64,000 bases of DNA from contig CALWHB010000002.1 of the NCBI GenBank assembly GCA_944380275.1, forward strand, positions 19,576 through 83,575. Direction: 5' to 3'. Positions 39,117 through 49,550 of this stretch are shown in pieces. Both the position numbers and the translations under genes were made by a program. Each line of letters opens with the position of its first letter. Position 1 is the stretch's first letter. Source of the stretch: an uncultured Christensenellaceae bacterium. Its GTDB lineage: Bacteria > Bacillota > Clostridia > Christensenellales > UBA3700. The notes beneath the pieces were generated by a model that saw only the letters and a program-made list of their open reading frames with translations, did no database searches and was not told the DNA's origin.

Positions 39117-40330
39117 AAACAGAACTTCTCGCTCCCGCAGGGGACTTTGACAAACTCAGGACGGCTCTGCATTTCGGCGCGGACGCGGTTTACGTCGGAG
39201 GCAACGAGTTCTCTCTGAGAGCAAACGCGAAGAATTTTACGGACGAACAGCTCAGAGAGGCTTGCCGTTATGTCAGGGAGAGAGGAAAAAAGATATACGT
39301 CGCGGTAAACGTATTTGCAAAAAACGACGACTTTGACAGACTTCCGGGATATTTGAAATTTTTGCAGGACGCAGGTGTTCACGGCATTATCGCAACTGAC
39401 CCCGGAGTGATAGAGTTTTGTAAAAAATACGCGCCCGTGTTGGAGATTCATATTTCCACTCAGGCGAACACGACGAATAAATACGCCGCGAAATTCTGGG
39501 CTGACCAGGGTGCGAAACGCATTGTCCTTGCCAGGGAAACGACGCTTGAAGAAATAAAGGAGATAAGAGATTATCTTCCATCCGACGTGCAGATAGAGTC
39601 TTTTGTACACGGTGCAATGTGCATTTCGTACAGCGGCAGATGTCTGCTTTCAGCCGTGCTTGCCGGCAGGAGCGGCAACAGAGGTGACTGCGTTCAGGCG
39701 TGTCGCTGGGAGTACGAGATTACAGAGAAAAACCGCAAGGGGGAGCGACTGCCTGTTTTCGAGGACGACAGGGGGACTTACATACTCAACAGCAAAGACC
39801 TGAATATGCTTGCGCATATAGGAGAGCTGATTGAAAGCGGAGTTTATTCCTTCAAGATAGAAGGCAGGATGAAGTCGCAGTATTACGTTGCAAGCGTCGT
39901 GAACGCATACCGCAAGGCAATCGACGGCTTTACTGCGGATAACAATTATAAAGTGCCTGAGCTTTTGCTTGCGGAACTTGAAAAGAACAGCCACCGCGAC
40001 TATACGACCGGATTTTATTACGGTGAGAAAGACAGCGTTTGCACTTCGACTTCTCAGCCGAAATGCGGTTATGAATTTACCGCGCTGGTCAAAGGATACG
40101 ACGAGGAAAAAGGTGCGATTGTCGTTGAAATGAGAAACCGCTTTGCGGTGGGCGACGAACTTGAAGTGCTTTCGCCTGACGACGATTGTTTCGGCAAGAC
40201 GATAAAAATAAAAGAGATGTTTGACGAAAGCGGTGTGCCGATTACGGACGCAAAGCTGGTGCAGCAGACGGTCTATATACCCTCTGATTGCAGGGCGGGC
40301 AAGGACGATATATTGAGAAAGAAGGTGTAA
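39101..40330 (+). CDS. U32 family peptidase (TrhP/YrrO-like tRNA hydroxylation protein)
   Basis: ELLAPAG, HISTQ, HGAMCISYSGRC, CVQACR, FKIEGRMK. Confidence 0.92.
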   Translation: MCETVKTELLAPAGDFDKLRTALHFGADAVYVGGNEFSLRANAKNFTDEQLREACRYVRERGKKIYVAVNVFAKNDDFDRLPGYLKFLQDAGVHGIIATDPGVIEFCKKYAPVLEIHISTQANTTNKYAAKFWADQGAKRIVLARETTLEEIKEIRDYLPSDVQIESFVHGAMCISYSGRCLLSAVLAGRSGNRGDCVQACRWEYEITEKNRKGERLPVFEDDRGTYILNSKDLNMLAHIGELIESGVYSFKIEGRMKSQYYVASVVNAYRKAIDGFTADNNYKVPELLLAELEKNSHRDYTTGFYYGEKDSVCTSTSQPKCGYEFTALVKGYDEEKGAIVVEMRNRFAVGDELEVLSPDDDCFGKTIKIKEMFDESGVPITDAKLVQQTVYIPSDCRAGKDDILRKKV

Positions 40331-40331
40331 C

Positions 40332-41588
40332 ATGAAAAAAACCGTTGTTATTTTGTATACGAAAGGCATGTACGATACAGTTGCGCGCGACATATACAAC
40401 TATATGACAAAAAGGTATGCCGATTGCGACGTGGTAGCGATAGACGAGGACAGGTACAGCAATCTGTATTCAGCGCAGTTTGTCAGAAACACTTACATCT
40501 TTACCGCACGCAATATGGCGTGGTTCAACCGTTTAGCGGTAAGTATACGCGAAAAATTTCTGCCTAAAAAGATAGACAAGACAGTAAAACCTTATGAGAA
40601 TAAAGAACTCAAAGAGGAAAACCCGACGAGAAATTACCGCCAGAAATTCCATAAGGTAGACAATATCTTTATGCGTTTCAATCCCGAAGTCGTAATTTGT
40701 CTTTCGCCTAAGGCACACAACAAAGCGATACTGGCAAAGCAGAGACTTGCTATGGACGACGTGAAAGTGTATGCGATGATTACCGATTTTTCTCTCAATA
40801 AAGCTTTCATAAATTATCAGAGCGACGGATATTTTGTGCAGAACGAAGTAATAAAACAAGCTCTGATAGCAAATAAGGTGGACGAAGAAAAGATAAAAGT
40901 TTGCGGTACGGTAATAGACGAGGAGAGGCTTACGAAAGTAACCCGTGCCGAAGGCCGCGAAAAGATTGGCATAAAAAACGATTTGCCCACGGTTACGATA
41001 AGCGGAGGAAGATACGGCGTGAGCTATGTGAAAGACACCTTTGACACTCTTGCTCCTTATACGGACAGACTCAACCTCGTGGTGCTGACGGGCGGCAGCG
41101 CGTCGATAGAAAAATTTGTTTTGACATACTGCAAGGCGAAGAATTACAAAGAGAATATTTTTATGATTAAAGGCAAGGCTGACATGAACGCCGTTTATGC
41201 GGTAACAGACGTAATTGTATGTTCTCCGACGACGGTAACGATGTATGAGATTTTTGCAAAAAATATCCCGTGCGTGTTGATTAGAAGTCTTAACAACAAT
41301 GAAAGAGGCAATCATACCTTCCTTGCCGAAGAGCAGCTTGCAATGCGCGGAGGAAAGGACGAACAGCTTGCCACGGCAGTTCTCGGATTTATAAACAACA
41401 ACAATATAAAACAGGAATACCTTTACAATCAGCGCAAGTTTTTCGACGCGGGAGCGATAGAAGGATTCACAAAGGAGATATACAGAGAAAGTTGCATCAT
41501 AAACAAAGAGAGAGAGGATGCAAAAGCCGAAAAATCGCAGAAGGAAAGCGAAAGCGTACCCGTGCCTCTCGCGGACGAGGAGAAGTGA
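40332..41588 (+). CDS. GT-B fold glycosyltransferase-like protein (GT28/MGDG synthase-like), atypical motifs
   Basis: MITDF, GGRYG, DVIVCSPTTVTMYEIFAKNIP, NERGN. Confidence 0.7.
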   Translation: MKKTVVILYTKGMYDTVARDIYNYMTKRYADCDVVAIDEDRYSNLYSAQFVRNTYIFTARNMAWFNRLAVSIREKFLPKKIDKTVKPYENKELKEENPTRNYRQKFHKVDNIFMRFNPEVVICLSPKAHNKAILAKQRLAMDDVKVYAMITDFSLNKAFINYQSDGYFVQNEVIKQALIANKVDEEKIKVCGTVIDEERLTKVTRAEGREKIGIKNDLPTVTISGGRYGVSYVKDTFDTLAPYTDRLNLVVLTGGSASIEKFVLTYCKAKNYKENIFMIKGKADMNAVYAVTDVIVCSPTTVTMYEIFAKNIPCVLIRSLNNNERGNHTFLAEEQLAMRGGKDEQLATAVLGFINNNNIKQEYLYNQRKFFDAGAIEGFTKEIYRESCIINKEREDAKAEKSQKESESVPVPLADEEK

Positions 41589-41589
41589 A

Positions 41590-41877
41590 ATGGTCAAACA
41601 CGTTGTTATGTACAAACTCAGAGAGGACTGTAAGGACAAGGCAGAAGAGCTTATGGGAAAGTTTCTTTCAATGAGAGGAAAGATAGAAGGGCTTACCGAC
41701 GTCTGTACAGGCAGGGATTTTAAGAGAGAGGGCAGGAGTTACGACGTTGCGCTGATAAGCACGCTCGAAAGCAGAACTGCGCTTGAAAATTACGCCGTTC
41801 ATCCCGTGCATCTTCCGATACTCGCTTACGCAAAAACGATAGTTGAAAAATCGCACAGCGTGGATTTTGAGATTTAA
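41590..41877 (+). CDS. Dabb family stress-responsive A/B barrel protein
   Basis: MVKHVVMYKL...YAVHPVH...VDFE. Confidence 0.9.
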   Translation: MVKHVVMYKLREDCKDKAEELMGKFLSMRGKIEGLTDVCTGRDFKREGRSYDVALISTLESRTALENYAVHPVHLPILAYAKTIVEKSHSVDFEI

Positions 41878-41916
41878 TTTCCGGCAATTTGAATCTTAAG
41901 GAAACAAGGAGAATAT

Positions 41917-42411
41917 ATGAAAATTGTTATAAAACTTAAAGACGGCAGACAGATGAAAGCAACTCTTGACGAAAAAGCCGCACCGATTACCGTAAGCAAC
42001 TTCTGCAAACTGATTGACGAGAAGTTTTTTGACGGACTTATCTTTCACCGCGTAATTCCCGGATTTATGATTCAGGGCGGAGGCATGAACGCTCAGATGA
42101 GAGAAAAGAGGGCTAAGTCGATAAAAGGGGAATTTGCCTCCAACGGCATAAAAAACAATATTTCGCACGTGCCGGGAGTGCTTTCTATGGCACGTACTCA
42201 GGTAAAAGACAGCGCAAGTTCACAGTTTTTCATCTGCGTTGCAGACTGCACCTTTCTGGACGGAGAGTATGCCGCTTTCGGCAAACTGGATGACGAAGAC
42301 AGCCTTGCAACTGCTATATCCTTATCAGAGGTAAAGACAGGAAGATACGGTTATTTCGACGACGTTCCGCTTGAACCGATAGAGATAGAAACAATAGAGA
42401 AAATAGGCTGA
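41917..42411 (+). CDS. Cyclophilin-type peptidyl-prolyl isomerase
   Basis: FHRVIPGFMIQGG, LSMAR, SQFFI, YAAFG. Confidence 0.95.
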   Translation: MKIVIKLKDGRQMKATLDEKAAPITVSNFCKLIDEKFFDGLIFHRVIPGFMIQGGGMNAQMREKRAKSIKGEFASNGIKNNISHVPGVLSMARTQVKDSASSQFFICVADCTFLDGEYAAFGKLDDEDSLATAISLSEVKTGRYGYFDDVPLEPIEIETIEKIG

Positions 42412-42624
42412 CACAAAACATAAAGGCGTTACGAAAAGAGGCGACTGCAAAGCAAGGATTTGCCGCGGAATATAGCGTGAAGTATTGCTGGGTAAAAGCT
42501 GACGGCAAATTTCAGCAAAACATAAAAATCTGAGTGTTCGTATTTGTCTTAAGTGAAGTTTGTCTGCCATAAATTGACAACGATTTAAAGGCGCAAAACG
42601 CACAGCTCGTCGCATACTACAGTT

Positions 42625-43200
42625 ATGGAGTATGCGGCGATTTTTGTTTTATTTATACTTACCGCAGCTGCTGCAATGCGGCTTGCCACAAACGGAAAAG
42701 GAGGGAAAGAAGTAGTTTTTCTCGTCGTCTTTTTCGCTTTGCTTTGCGTCGAACCGTGGGGGAGTAAAGTGAAAATCGCGCCTTCGGTTATTCTTCTTTC
42801 GGTTGCAGGGATTGTTCATGTCATTAAAAGCCGCGACGTTCAGATTGCTCTCTGTACGCTCTGCGTATCGGCTGCGACGGTGAGCGCGGCAGGAAGTACT
42901 GCGGCGTCAGCAGGATTGTCCTGGGTTACCGTGGGGTGCGTCGCTCTGTGTGCGTTGGTATGCAAAGGGGCGCGTGCAGGCACGGTATACGCGCTGGGAG
43001 TAACTGCGGGAGAGGTATGTCTGTTATTGAGCGACATAAATACGACGTTTTATCTTGACTTGTTTACTGTACAGACGGCATATGCGGCAGTCGTATGCGC
43101 CGTCGTTGCACGGTTTTTTGCAAAGATTTCAGAATTTTGTTGCGGTGTCGGGAGCGACGGCAATCGCAAATGTTTAAACCGCCCTTTGGTTATGCGGTAA
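42625..43200 (+). CDS. Hypothetical membrane protein (possibly YphA-like)
   Basis: About 6 hydrophobic segments; lies upstream of DUF512-der. Confidence 0.55.
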   Translation: MEYAAIFVLFILTAAAAMRLATNGKGGKEVVFLVVFFALLCVEPWGSKVKIAPSVILLSVAGIVHVIKSRDVQIALCTLCVSAATVSAAGSTAASAGLSWVTVGCVALCALVCKGARAGTVYALGVTAGEVCLLLSDINTTFYLDLFTVQTAYAAVVCAVVARFFAKISEFCCGVGSDGNRKCLNRPLVMR

Positions 43201-43298
43201 TAGTGATTTTGAGCCGCTGAGTTTATTTGCGCGCGCTTACTTTACTTTATTGCGCGGATATTATATAATTTTACAGTAAATACGCTTTAGGAGTCGTT

Positions 43299-44594
43299 AT
43301 GCCAAAAATCGTAAAAGTTGACAAAGACGGCGTCGCGGCAGAACTCGGTTTCGAGGTCGGCGACGAAATACTCGGATTCGACGGTCATCCGTACGAAGAC
43401 GTACTTGACTATATTTTTTACGACGGCGCGGAAAAATTTGTAATAAACGCCCGTACCAAGGACGGCGAAACCGTGGATTGCGAAGTGGAAAAGTTGCCTG
43501 AAGAGAGCATAGGCGTTGAGTTTGACGACGAGAGGCAGCTTGTGCCTATACATTGCAGAAACAAGTGTATATTCTGTTTCGTTGACCAGCTCCCCGCAGG
43601 CATGAGAGATACTCTTTACGTAAAAGACGACGATTACAGGCTTTCTTTCGTCAGCGGCAATTACGTTACGCTGACAAACGTGTTCGACAAAGAAATGGAG
43701 AGAATTTTAAGACTACATCTCAGTCCGCTATATATTTCGGTACATTGTTACGACAAAAAGCGCAAGACTGAAATGATTGCCAACCCGGAGGGCGCGAAAC
43801 TGTTTGAAAAGATGCAGCTGCTTGCCGCTCACGGAATAGTGATGCATACGCAGATTGTACTTTGCAAAGGCGTGAACGACAAAGAGATTTTGCGCGAAAC
43901 TCTTGAAGAACTGGCAAAACTGCGCCCTCAGGTGGCGTCTGTCGCGATAGTTCCGGTAGGGCTTACCGGACACAGAGAAAAGCTGAAAAAGCTGGACGCG
44001 ATAGACAGAGATACAGCAAGAGAAGTGATAGAGATGACTCAGGCTTTCGATAAGGCGCAGGGAGGAGGTTTTGCTTACTGTTCGGACGAATTTTATCTGA
44101 AGGCGCAACTTCCTTTGCCCTCTTTCGAGAGTTACGGCGACTTTTCCCAGATAGAAAACGGAGTGGGACTTGTCAGAGCTTTTGAAAGAGAAGTAGAAGA
44201 AAGCCTTAAGGATTTGCCCGTTTCTCAGAGCGAGGGGAGTGTCGCTTTCATTACCGGGCAGTCTTTCAAAGGCGAACTCAAAAAATGCCTTGACAAAGTA
44301 AGCGCGTATTTTCCGCGTTGCAGATTCAGGATTGTAGACATATACAACGACTATTTCGGCAGGAGCATAACCGTCGCGGGGCTGATTACCGCGACCGACA
44401 TAATCGCTCAGGCAAAGGATTTGCCGTCTTACACGGTGATTCCTTCCACTATGCTGAGAGAGTTTACGCATACTTTTCTTGACGGTATAAGCGTCGAAGA
44501 ACTTGAAAGAAAACTAAACACAAAAATAATAGTAAGCGCGTCGGGCGCAGACCTTGTACGCGCGGCAAAGGAGGCTACGGGACAATGCAGGTAA
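43299..44594 (+). CDS. DUF512 PDZ/radical-SAM-like protein
   Basis: CRNKCIFCFVDQ, KDDDYRLSF, VPVGLT, QIENGVG. Confidence 0.92.
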   Translation: MPKIVKVDKDGVAAELGFEVGDEILGFDGHPYEDVLDYIFYDGAEKFVINARTKDGETVDCEVEKLPEESIGVEFDDERQLVPIHCRNKCIFCFVDQLPAGMRDTLYVKDDDYRLSFVSGNYVTLTNVFDKEMERILRLHLSPLYISVHCYDKKRKTEMIANPEGAKLFEKMQLLAAHGIVMHTQIVLCKGVNDKEILRETLEELAKLRPQVASVAIVPVGLTGHREKLKKLDAIDRDTAREVIEMTQAFDKAQGGGFAYCSDEFYLKAQLPLPSFESYGDFSQIENGVGLVRAFEREVEESLKDLPVSQSEGSVAFITGQSFKGELKKCLDKVSAYFPRCRFRIVDIYNDYFGRSITVAGLITATDIIAQAKDLPSYTVIPSTMLREFTHTFLDGISVEELERKLNTKIIVSASGADLVRAAKEATGQCR

Positions 44595-45913
44595 AACCTT
44601 TGGTTGCCATCGTGGGCAGACCCAACGTGGGCAAATCCACGCTTTTCAATAAAATAGTAGGCAAGCGCATCTCCATCGTCGAGGATTACGAGGGAGTTAC
44701 GCGTGACCGTCTTTACTGCGATACAGAGTGGTGCGGATACGCCTTTACTCTTATTGATACGGGCGGACTTGACGTAAAGAGCGAGGACGAAATGTGGTCG
44801 CACATACGCCGTCAGGCGCAGGTGGCGGTCGACATCGCCAACGCGATTATATTCGTCGTGGACGGAAAGGGAGGACTGACTTCCAACGATATAGAAGTCG
44901 CGTCCTTTCTGAGAAAGAGCAAAAAGCCCGTAGTTCTTGCCGTAAACAAACTGGACAATTACGAGGAAGACAGGATATACGATTTTTACAATCTCGGCAT
45001 AGGCGACCCCGTGGGGGTTTCTGCAGAGCAGGGGCTTGGCATAGGCGACCTTCTCGACGAGGTGGTAAAGCATATAGAAAAAACGCCGGCAGAAACAGAC
45101 CCGGAAGTTCTCAATGTCGCCATTGTCGGCAAACCTAATGCAGGCAAATCGTCCGTTACCAACAAGATACTGGGATACGAGCGCGTTATAGTCAGCGACG
45201 TTGCCGGTACGACGCGCGACGCGATAGACACAGCTTTTGAGTGGAAAGGACAAAAATTCAATATCATCGATACGGCGGGCATAAGAAAAAAGTCGAGCGT
45301 GGACGAGGGAGTCGAACAGTACAGCGTCATACGTTCTCTTGCGGCTATAAGACGCGCGGACATCGTGCTTGTTGTTATAGACGCAAAAGAAGGAATATCG
45401 GAGCAGGACGTAAAGATTTGCGGATACGTTCACGAACAGGGCAAGCCTTCGGTAATCGTAATGAACAAGTGGGACCTTGTAGAAAAGGACACTCATACGG
45501 TAAATACCTTCAATAAAAAGCTGGAGGGAGAACTCAAATTCATGTCGTATTTCGTGCCTGTATACGTATCTGCAAAGACGGGGCAGAGAGTTGAAAAACT
45601 TCTCGCAACGGCTATGGAAGTATATGGTGAATCAAGCAAGCGCGTTGCGACGGGAGTACTCAACGACATAATAAGAGAGGCTGTGCTTGCCAACGAGCCG
45701 CCTACTTTCAACGGCAAAAAGCTGAAGATATATTACGTTACGCAGACGTCGACCAATCCGCCAGTATTCGTGTTCTTCGTAAACGACGACAAACTGCTCA
45801 ATTTCAGCTATCGCAGATATCTGAATAATGCGCTCAGAAATGCGTTTACTTTCAAAGGCACTCCGATAAAACTTGAGATGAGGAGCAAGGACTCAAAGGA
45901 TTACGAAATGTAA
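44585..45913 (+). CDS. der: Ribosome biogenesis GTPase Der (EngA)
   Basis: Two GTPase domains (GRPNVGKS, GKPNAGKS) plus KH-like tail. Confidence 0.97.
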   Translation: MQVKPLVAIVGRPNVGKSTLFNKIVGKRISIVEDYEGVTRDRLYCDTEWCGYAFTLIDTGGLDVKSEDEMWSHIRRQAQVAVDIANAIIFVVDGKGGLTSNDIEVASFLRKSKKPVVLAVNKLDNYEEDRIYDFYNLGIGDPVGVSAEQGLGIGDLLDEVVKHIEKTPAETDPEVLNVAIVGKPNAGKSSVTNKILGYERVIVSDVAGTTRDAIDTAFEWKGQKFNIIDTAGIRKKSSVDEGVEQYSVIRSLAAIRRADIVLVVIDAKEGISEQDVKICGYVHEQGKPSVIVMNKWDLVEKDTHTVNTFNKKLEGELKFMSYFVPVYVSAKTGQRVEKLLATAMEVYGESSKRVATGVLNDIIREAVLANEPPTFNGKKLKIYYVTQTSTNPPVFVFFVNDDKLLNFSYRRYLNNALRNAFTFKGTPIKLEMRSKDSKDYEM

Positions 45914-46028
45914 TTCTCAACGTGTGCGTTTTACTTGATACTGCGCGCGCGTTGTGGTAAAATGTAGCGCGGAAGGCAAAGCGGCTTTCCCTGAAAAGGA
46001 TAACAATTTTTCATATACAGAGGTCTTT

Positions 46029-47291
46029 ATGAAGTATACCAACTTGACCAAAGAGCAACTCAAAGAACTTTTGGACTCCGCAAAAAAGGAGTACGAAGAA
46101 ATCGCGGCAAAAGGCTACAAAGTAGACATTGCCCGCGGCAAGCCCTGCAACGCTCAGGCGGCTCTCGCTTTCGATATGCTGACTGCTCCTGAGGCAAACG
46201 AATTCCCTATGTCCTATCTCAATTACGGCATGCCTGAAGGTATTCCTGAGATGAGAAAACTTTTCGCACAGCTGCTGGGTCTTGAGCCTTCTCAGATTAT
46301 CGTGGGAGGCAACAGCTCTCTCAATATGATGTACGATACGGTGCAGAGGGCAATGCAGTTCGGTCTTCTCGGCGAAAAGCCGTGGAATAAATGCGAGAAA
46401 GTCAGATTCCTTTGCCCTGTACCCGGTTACGACCGTCATTTTGCGCTTACGGAACATTTCGGTATAGATATGATAAATATCCCGATGGACGACAACGGAC
46501 CCAATATGGACCTCGTCGAAAGCCTCGTGGCAAGCGACGAGAGCATAAAAGGAATCTGGTGCGTTCCCAAGTATTCCAACCCGACGGGTATCGTATACAG
46601 CGACGAAGTAGTCGAAAGACTTGCGACTATGAAAACGGCTGCCAAAGATTTCAGAATTTTCTGGGATAACGCTTATTGCGTTCACGAACTTACGGACGAA
46701 CCCGTAGAGCTTGCCAACATTATGACAATCGCAAAGAAGGCGGGTACCGAAGACAGGATATTCGAGTTTGCGTCCACGTCCAAAATCACCGTTGCAGGCG
46801 CAGGCGTAGCATGTATGGGCGCAAGCGAGGCAAATATAAAGGACGCGATGAGCCATATCTTCTATCAGACGATAGGCAACGACAAGGTAAACCAGTACAG
46901 ACACTTCAGGTTCCTTCAGTCGGTTGAGCATATAAAAGAGATAATGAACGCTCAGAAAGCTATCATAAAGCCCAAATTCGACGCTATCGTAAGCACTCTT
47001 GAAGAAAACCTCGGCGACGATTGCGATATCGCGAAGTGGACAAATCCCAAGGGCGGATATTTTATCAGTCTTGACGTACTTGACGGTTGCGCGTCGAGAG
47101 TCGCTGCGCTTTGCAAAGGCGCGGGACTGACTCTTACGGGTGCAGGCGCAACTTATCCTTATAAGAGGGACGACAGCGACAAAAACCTGCGTATCGCGCC
47201 CACGTACACCAACGGCGAGGACGTTTCTATCGCGGCAACCATACTTGTTGCTTGCGTAAAACTCGCTTGCCTTGAAAAACTCGCGGCATAA
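46029..47291 (+). CDS. PLP-dependent aminotransferase, class I/II (aspartate aminotransferase, Rv3722c/AspT-like)
   Basis: RGKP, PGYDRHF, PKYSNPTG, WDNAY, FASTSKIT, LRIAP. Confidence 0.88.
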   Translation: MKYTNLTKEQLKELLDSAKKEYEEIAAKGYKVDIARGKPCNAQAALAFDMLTAPEANEFPMSYLNYGMPEGIPEMRKLFAQLLGLEPSQIIVGGNSSLNMMYDTVQRAMQFGLLGEKPWNKCEKVRFLCPVPGYDRHFALTEHFGIDMINIPMDDNGPNMDLVESLVASDESIKGIWCVPKYSNPTGIVYSDEVVERLATMKTAAKDFRIFWDNAYCVHELTDEPVELANIMTIAKKAGTEDRIFEFASTSKITVAGAGVACMGASEANIKDAMSHIFYQTIGNDKVNQYRHFRFLQSVEHIKEIMNAQKAIIKPKFDAIVSTLEENLGDDCDIAKWTNPKGGYFISLDVLDGCASRVAALCKGAGLTLTGAGATYPYKRDDSDKNLRIAPTYTNGEDVSIAATILVACVKLACLEKLAA

Positions 47292-47299
47292 GGTAGATT

Positions 47300-47845
47300 A
47301 TGGCAAAACTTTTTATTGCGTCGGATATTCACGGCAGCGCGCATTTTGCGGAGCTGATGCTTAAAAGATTTGAGGAAGAAAAAGCTGACCAGCTGATACT
47401 TCTGGGAGATATTTTCTATCACGGTCCCAGGAATCCTCTTCCTCAGGGATACGCTCCCATGCAGGTGGCGGAAATGTTAAAGCCGTACGGGGACAGACTT
47501 CTCGTAGTCAAAGGCAACTGCGACAGCGACGTGGACGCAATGATTGCGCCGTTCGAGTTTGTAAACCTCGCTCAGCTTTACGTTGACGGGGCAAAGATAA
47601 CGTTGCAGCACGGCGACAAATACTGCAAAGACAATGTGCCTGCAAATTGCGGCAACGCATTGATATACGGGCATTATCACACGTCTTTCGTAATGAGAGA
47701 AGGCGGCAGGGTAATAGCAAATCCGGGGTCGGTTTCACTCCCCAAAAACGGTACTGAGGCGGGCTATATTATAGTCGAAAACGGCGTGCTTACGCTCAAA
47801 TCGCTTTCGGACGCAAAAGTTCTGGCAAAAGAGGAGATTTTATGA
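47300..47845 (+). CDS. yfcE: YfcE-like metallophosphodiesterase
   Basis: SDIHGS, LGDIFYHGPRN, KGNCD, GHYH, NPGS. Confidence 0.9.
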   Translation: MAKLFIASDIHGSAHFAELMLKRFEEEKADQLILLGDIFYHGPRNPLPQGYAPMQVAEMLKPYGDRLLVVKGNCDSDVDAMIAPFEFVNLAQLYVDGAKITLQHGDKYCKDNVPANCGNALIYGHYHTSFVMREGGRVIANPGSVSLPKNGTEAGYIIVENGVLTLKSLSDAKVLAKEEIL

Positions 47846-49281
47846 AAATTTTTGACACAAAGGTTCAGGAGCTCAAATACGAAGTGCTTAAAGCCGTGAT
47901 AAAAGCGGCTGACAGCGGTGATATGAGCAATATATATATGGATGTTCCAAAGCAGATTTCACCCGGTCCCAAGCCGACCATGAGATGCTGTATATATAAA
48001 GAAAGAGCAATCGTTCAGGAGAGAATAAAAATGGCTCTCGGCGGCGACAAGTCCAATCCCAACAGCGTTGAAGTTATCGACGCGGCGTGCGACGCATGTC
48101 CTATCGAAGGTATGTATATAACCCCCGCATGCAGAGGCTGTATTTCTCACAAATGTCAGCAGGCTTGTCCTAAAAACGCAATTACCATCGTTGACAACCA
48201 CCCCGTTATCGACAAAGATAAATGCGTAGAGTGCGGCAGATGTGCAAAAGCCTGCCCGTACAGCGCGATTATTGAGCAACGTCGTCCTTGCGTAAGGAGC
48301 TGCAAAGTCGGCGCGATTTCGATGGACGAAAACAAGAAAGCGAAGATAAACAACGACAAGTGCATATCGTGCGGCGCGTGCGTTTATCAGTGTCCGTTCG
48401 GCGCGATTGTAGACAAATCGCTGATTATGGACGTTCTCGACATACTTAAGAAGTCTGAGAACAATACAAAATATCACGTATACGCCGTTGTCGCTCCCGC
48501 GCTTGCAAGCCAGTTTACTGGCGTACCTCTCGCAAAAGTCGCAAGCGGTATAAAGAAACTGGGATTTTACGACGTCGCGGAGGCTGCTCTCGGCGCGGAC
48601 ATAACTCTTTACCATGAGGCGAAAGAGCTTAAGGAACGCGGAATACTGACGACGTCCTGCTGTCCGTCTTTCGTGATGTTTATAGAAAAGAATTTCCCAG
48701 AACTCGTAAAATACGTTTCGAGTTCGGTTTCTCCGATGATTGAAACAGCTATGCTGATAAAGCGCAACGACCCGACGGCGAAATGTATATTTATAGGACC
48801 TTGCACCAGCAAGAAACTTGAATACCGCCTGCCCAAGACAAAGGGCGCGATAGATTGCGTAATGTCGTTTGAAGAATTGCAGGCTTTCTTCGATGCGCGC
48901 GATATAGAACTTCTCAAGCTTGAGGATTGCCCCGTGGACGAGGCGTCTTATTACGGCAGAATATTCGCAAAATCAGGCGGTATTACTCAAGGCGTTGTTA
49001 ACGTGGCTAAATCTATGGGACTCGACAACGTAAAGCCGATAGCTATGAACGGTATAGAAGAGTGCAGGATAAATCTTCTCAAGTTCAAACTGGGAAGAGC
49101 CGCAGAGAATTTCTTTGAAGGTATGGCGTGCGACGGCGGTTGCCTCAACGGTGCGCTGATATTGCACCACGAGCAGAAAAACGTCGTCGAAATCGACAAA
49201 TACGGCAACTCCGCAAGCCACAAGGATATTTCTTCAAGCGTAGCGAAGTACGAAGACAGCCTGAAGAATCAAACAGAATAA
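47842..49281 (+). CDS. Monomeric group B [FeFe]-hydrogenase with ferredoxin-like domains
   Basis: H-cluster motifs TSCCP, GPCTSKKLE, EGMACDGGCLNG; several CxxCxxCxxxCP motifs. Confidence 0.9.
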   Translation: MKIFDTKVQELKYEVLKAVIKAADSGDMSNIYMDVPKQISPGPKPTMRCCIYKERAIVQERIKMALGGDKSNPNSVEVIDAACDACPIEGMYITPACRGCISHKCQQACPKNAITIVDNHPVIDKDKCVECGRCAKACPYSAIIEQRRPCVRSCKVGAISMDENKKAKINNDKCISCGACVYQCPFGAIVDKSLIMDVLDILKKSENNTKYHVYAVVAPALASQFTGVPLAKVASGIKKLGFYDVAEAALGADITLYHEAKELKERGILTTSCCPSFVMFIEKNFPELVKYVSSSVSPMIETAMLIKRNDPTAKCIFIGPCTSKKLEYRLPKTKGAIDCVMSFEELQAFFDARDIELLKLEDCPVDEASYYGRIFAKSGGITQGVVNVAKSMGLDNVKPIAMNGIEECRINLLKFKLGRAAENFFEGMACDGGCLNGALILHHEQKNVVEIDKYGNSASHKDISSSVAKYEDSLKNQTE

Positions 49282-49300
49282 ATTCGTTGTGCCGGTTAAA

Positions 49301-49327
49301 TCCTCTCCGCAGGGAGAGGGTTTTTTT
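49301..49327 (+). terminator. Intrinsic terminator
   Basis: CCTCTCC-GCAG-GGAGAGG followed by a T run. Confidence 0.85.
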
Positions 49328-49436
49328 ATCTTTGTTTTGATACGAATTTACGCTTTAGATACGGCAGAATACGTTGAAATCTTTTCTGGTTGCTATTATC
49401 CGGAGATACGACAAATAAATACTTCGCAGGCATACA

Positions 49437-49550
49437 GCGCATATTACGGTACAAAAGCACAACGCAGGTATATGGCGCATATTACGGTACAAAAGCACAA
49501 CGCAGGTATATGGCGCATATTACGGCACAAAAATACAACTCAGAGATACG
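49437..49550. repeat. 38-bp tandem repeat, two exact copies plus one degenerate copy
   Basis: GCGCATATTACGGTACAAAAGCACAACGCAGGTATATG at 49437 and 49475; degenerate copy at 49513. Confidence 0.9.

Noticed and set aside
49437-49550. Possible CRISPR array
   Set aside because: The units are contiguous with no unique spacers, and no cas genes are nearby.
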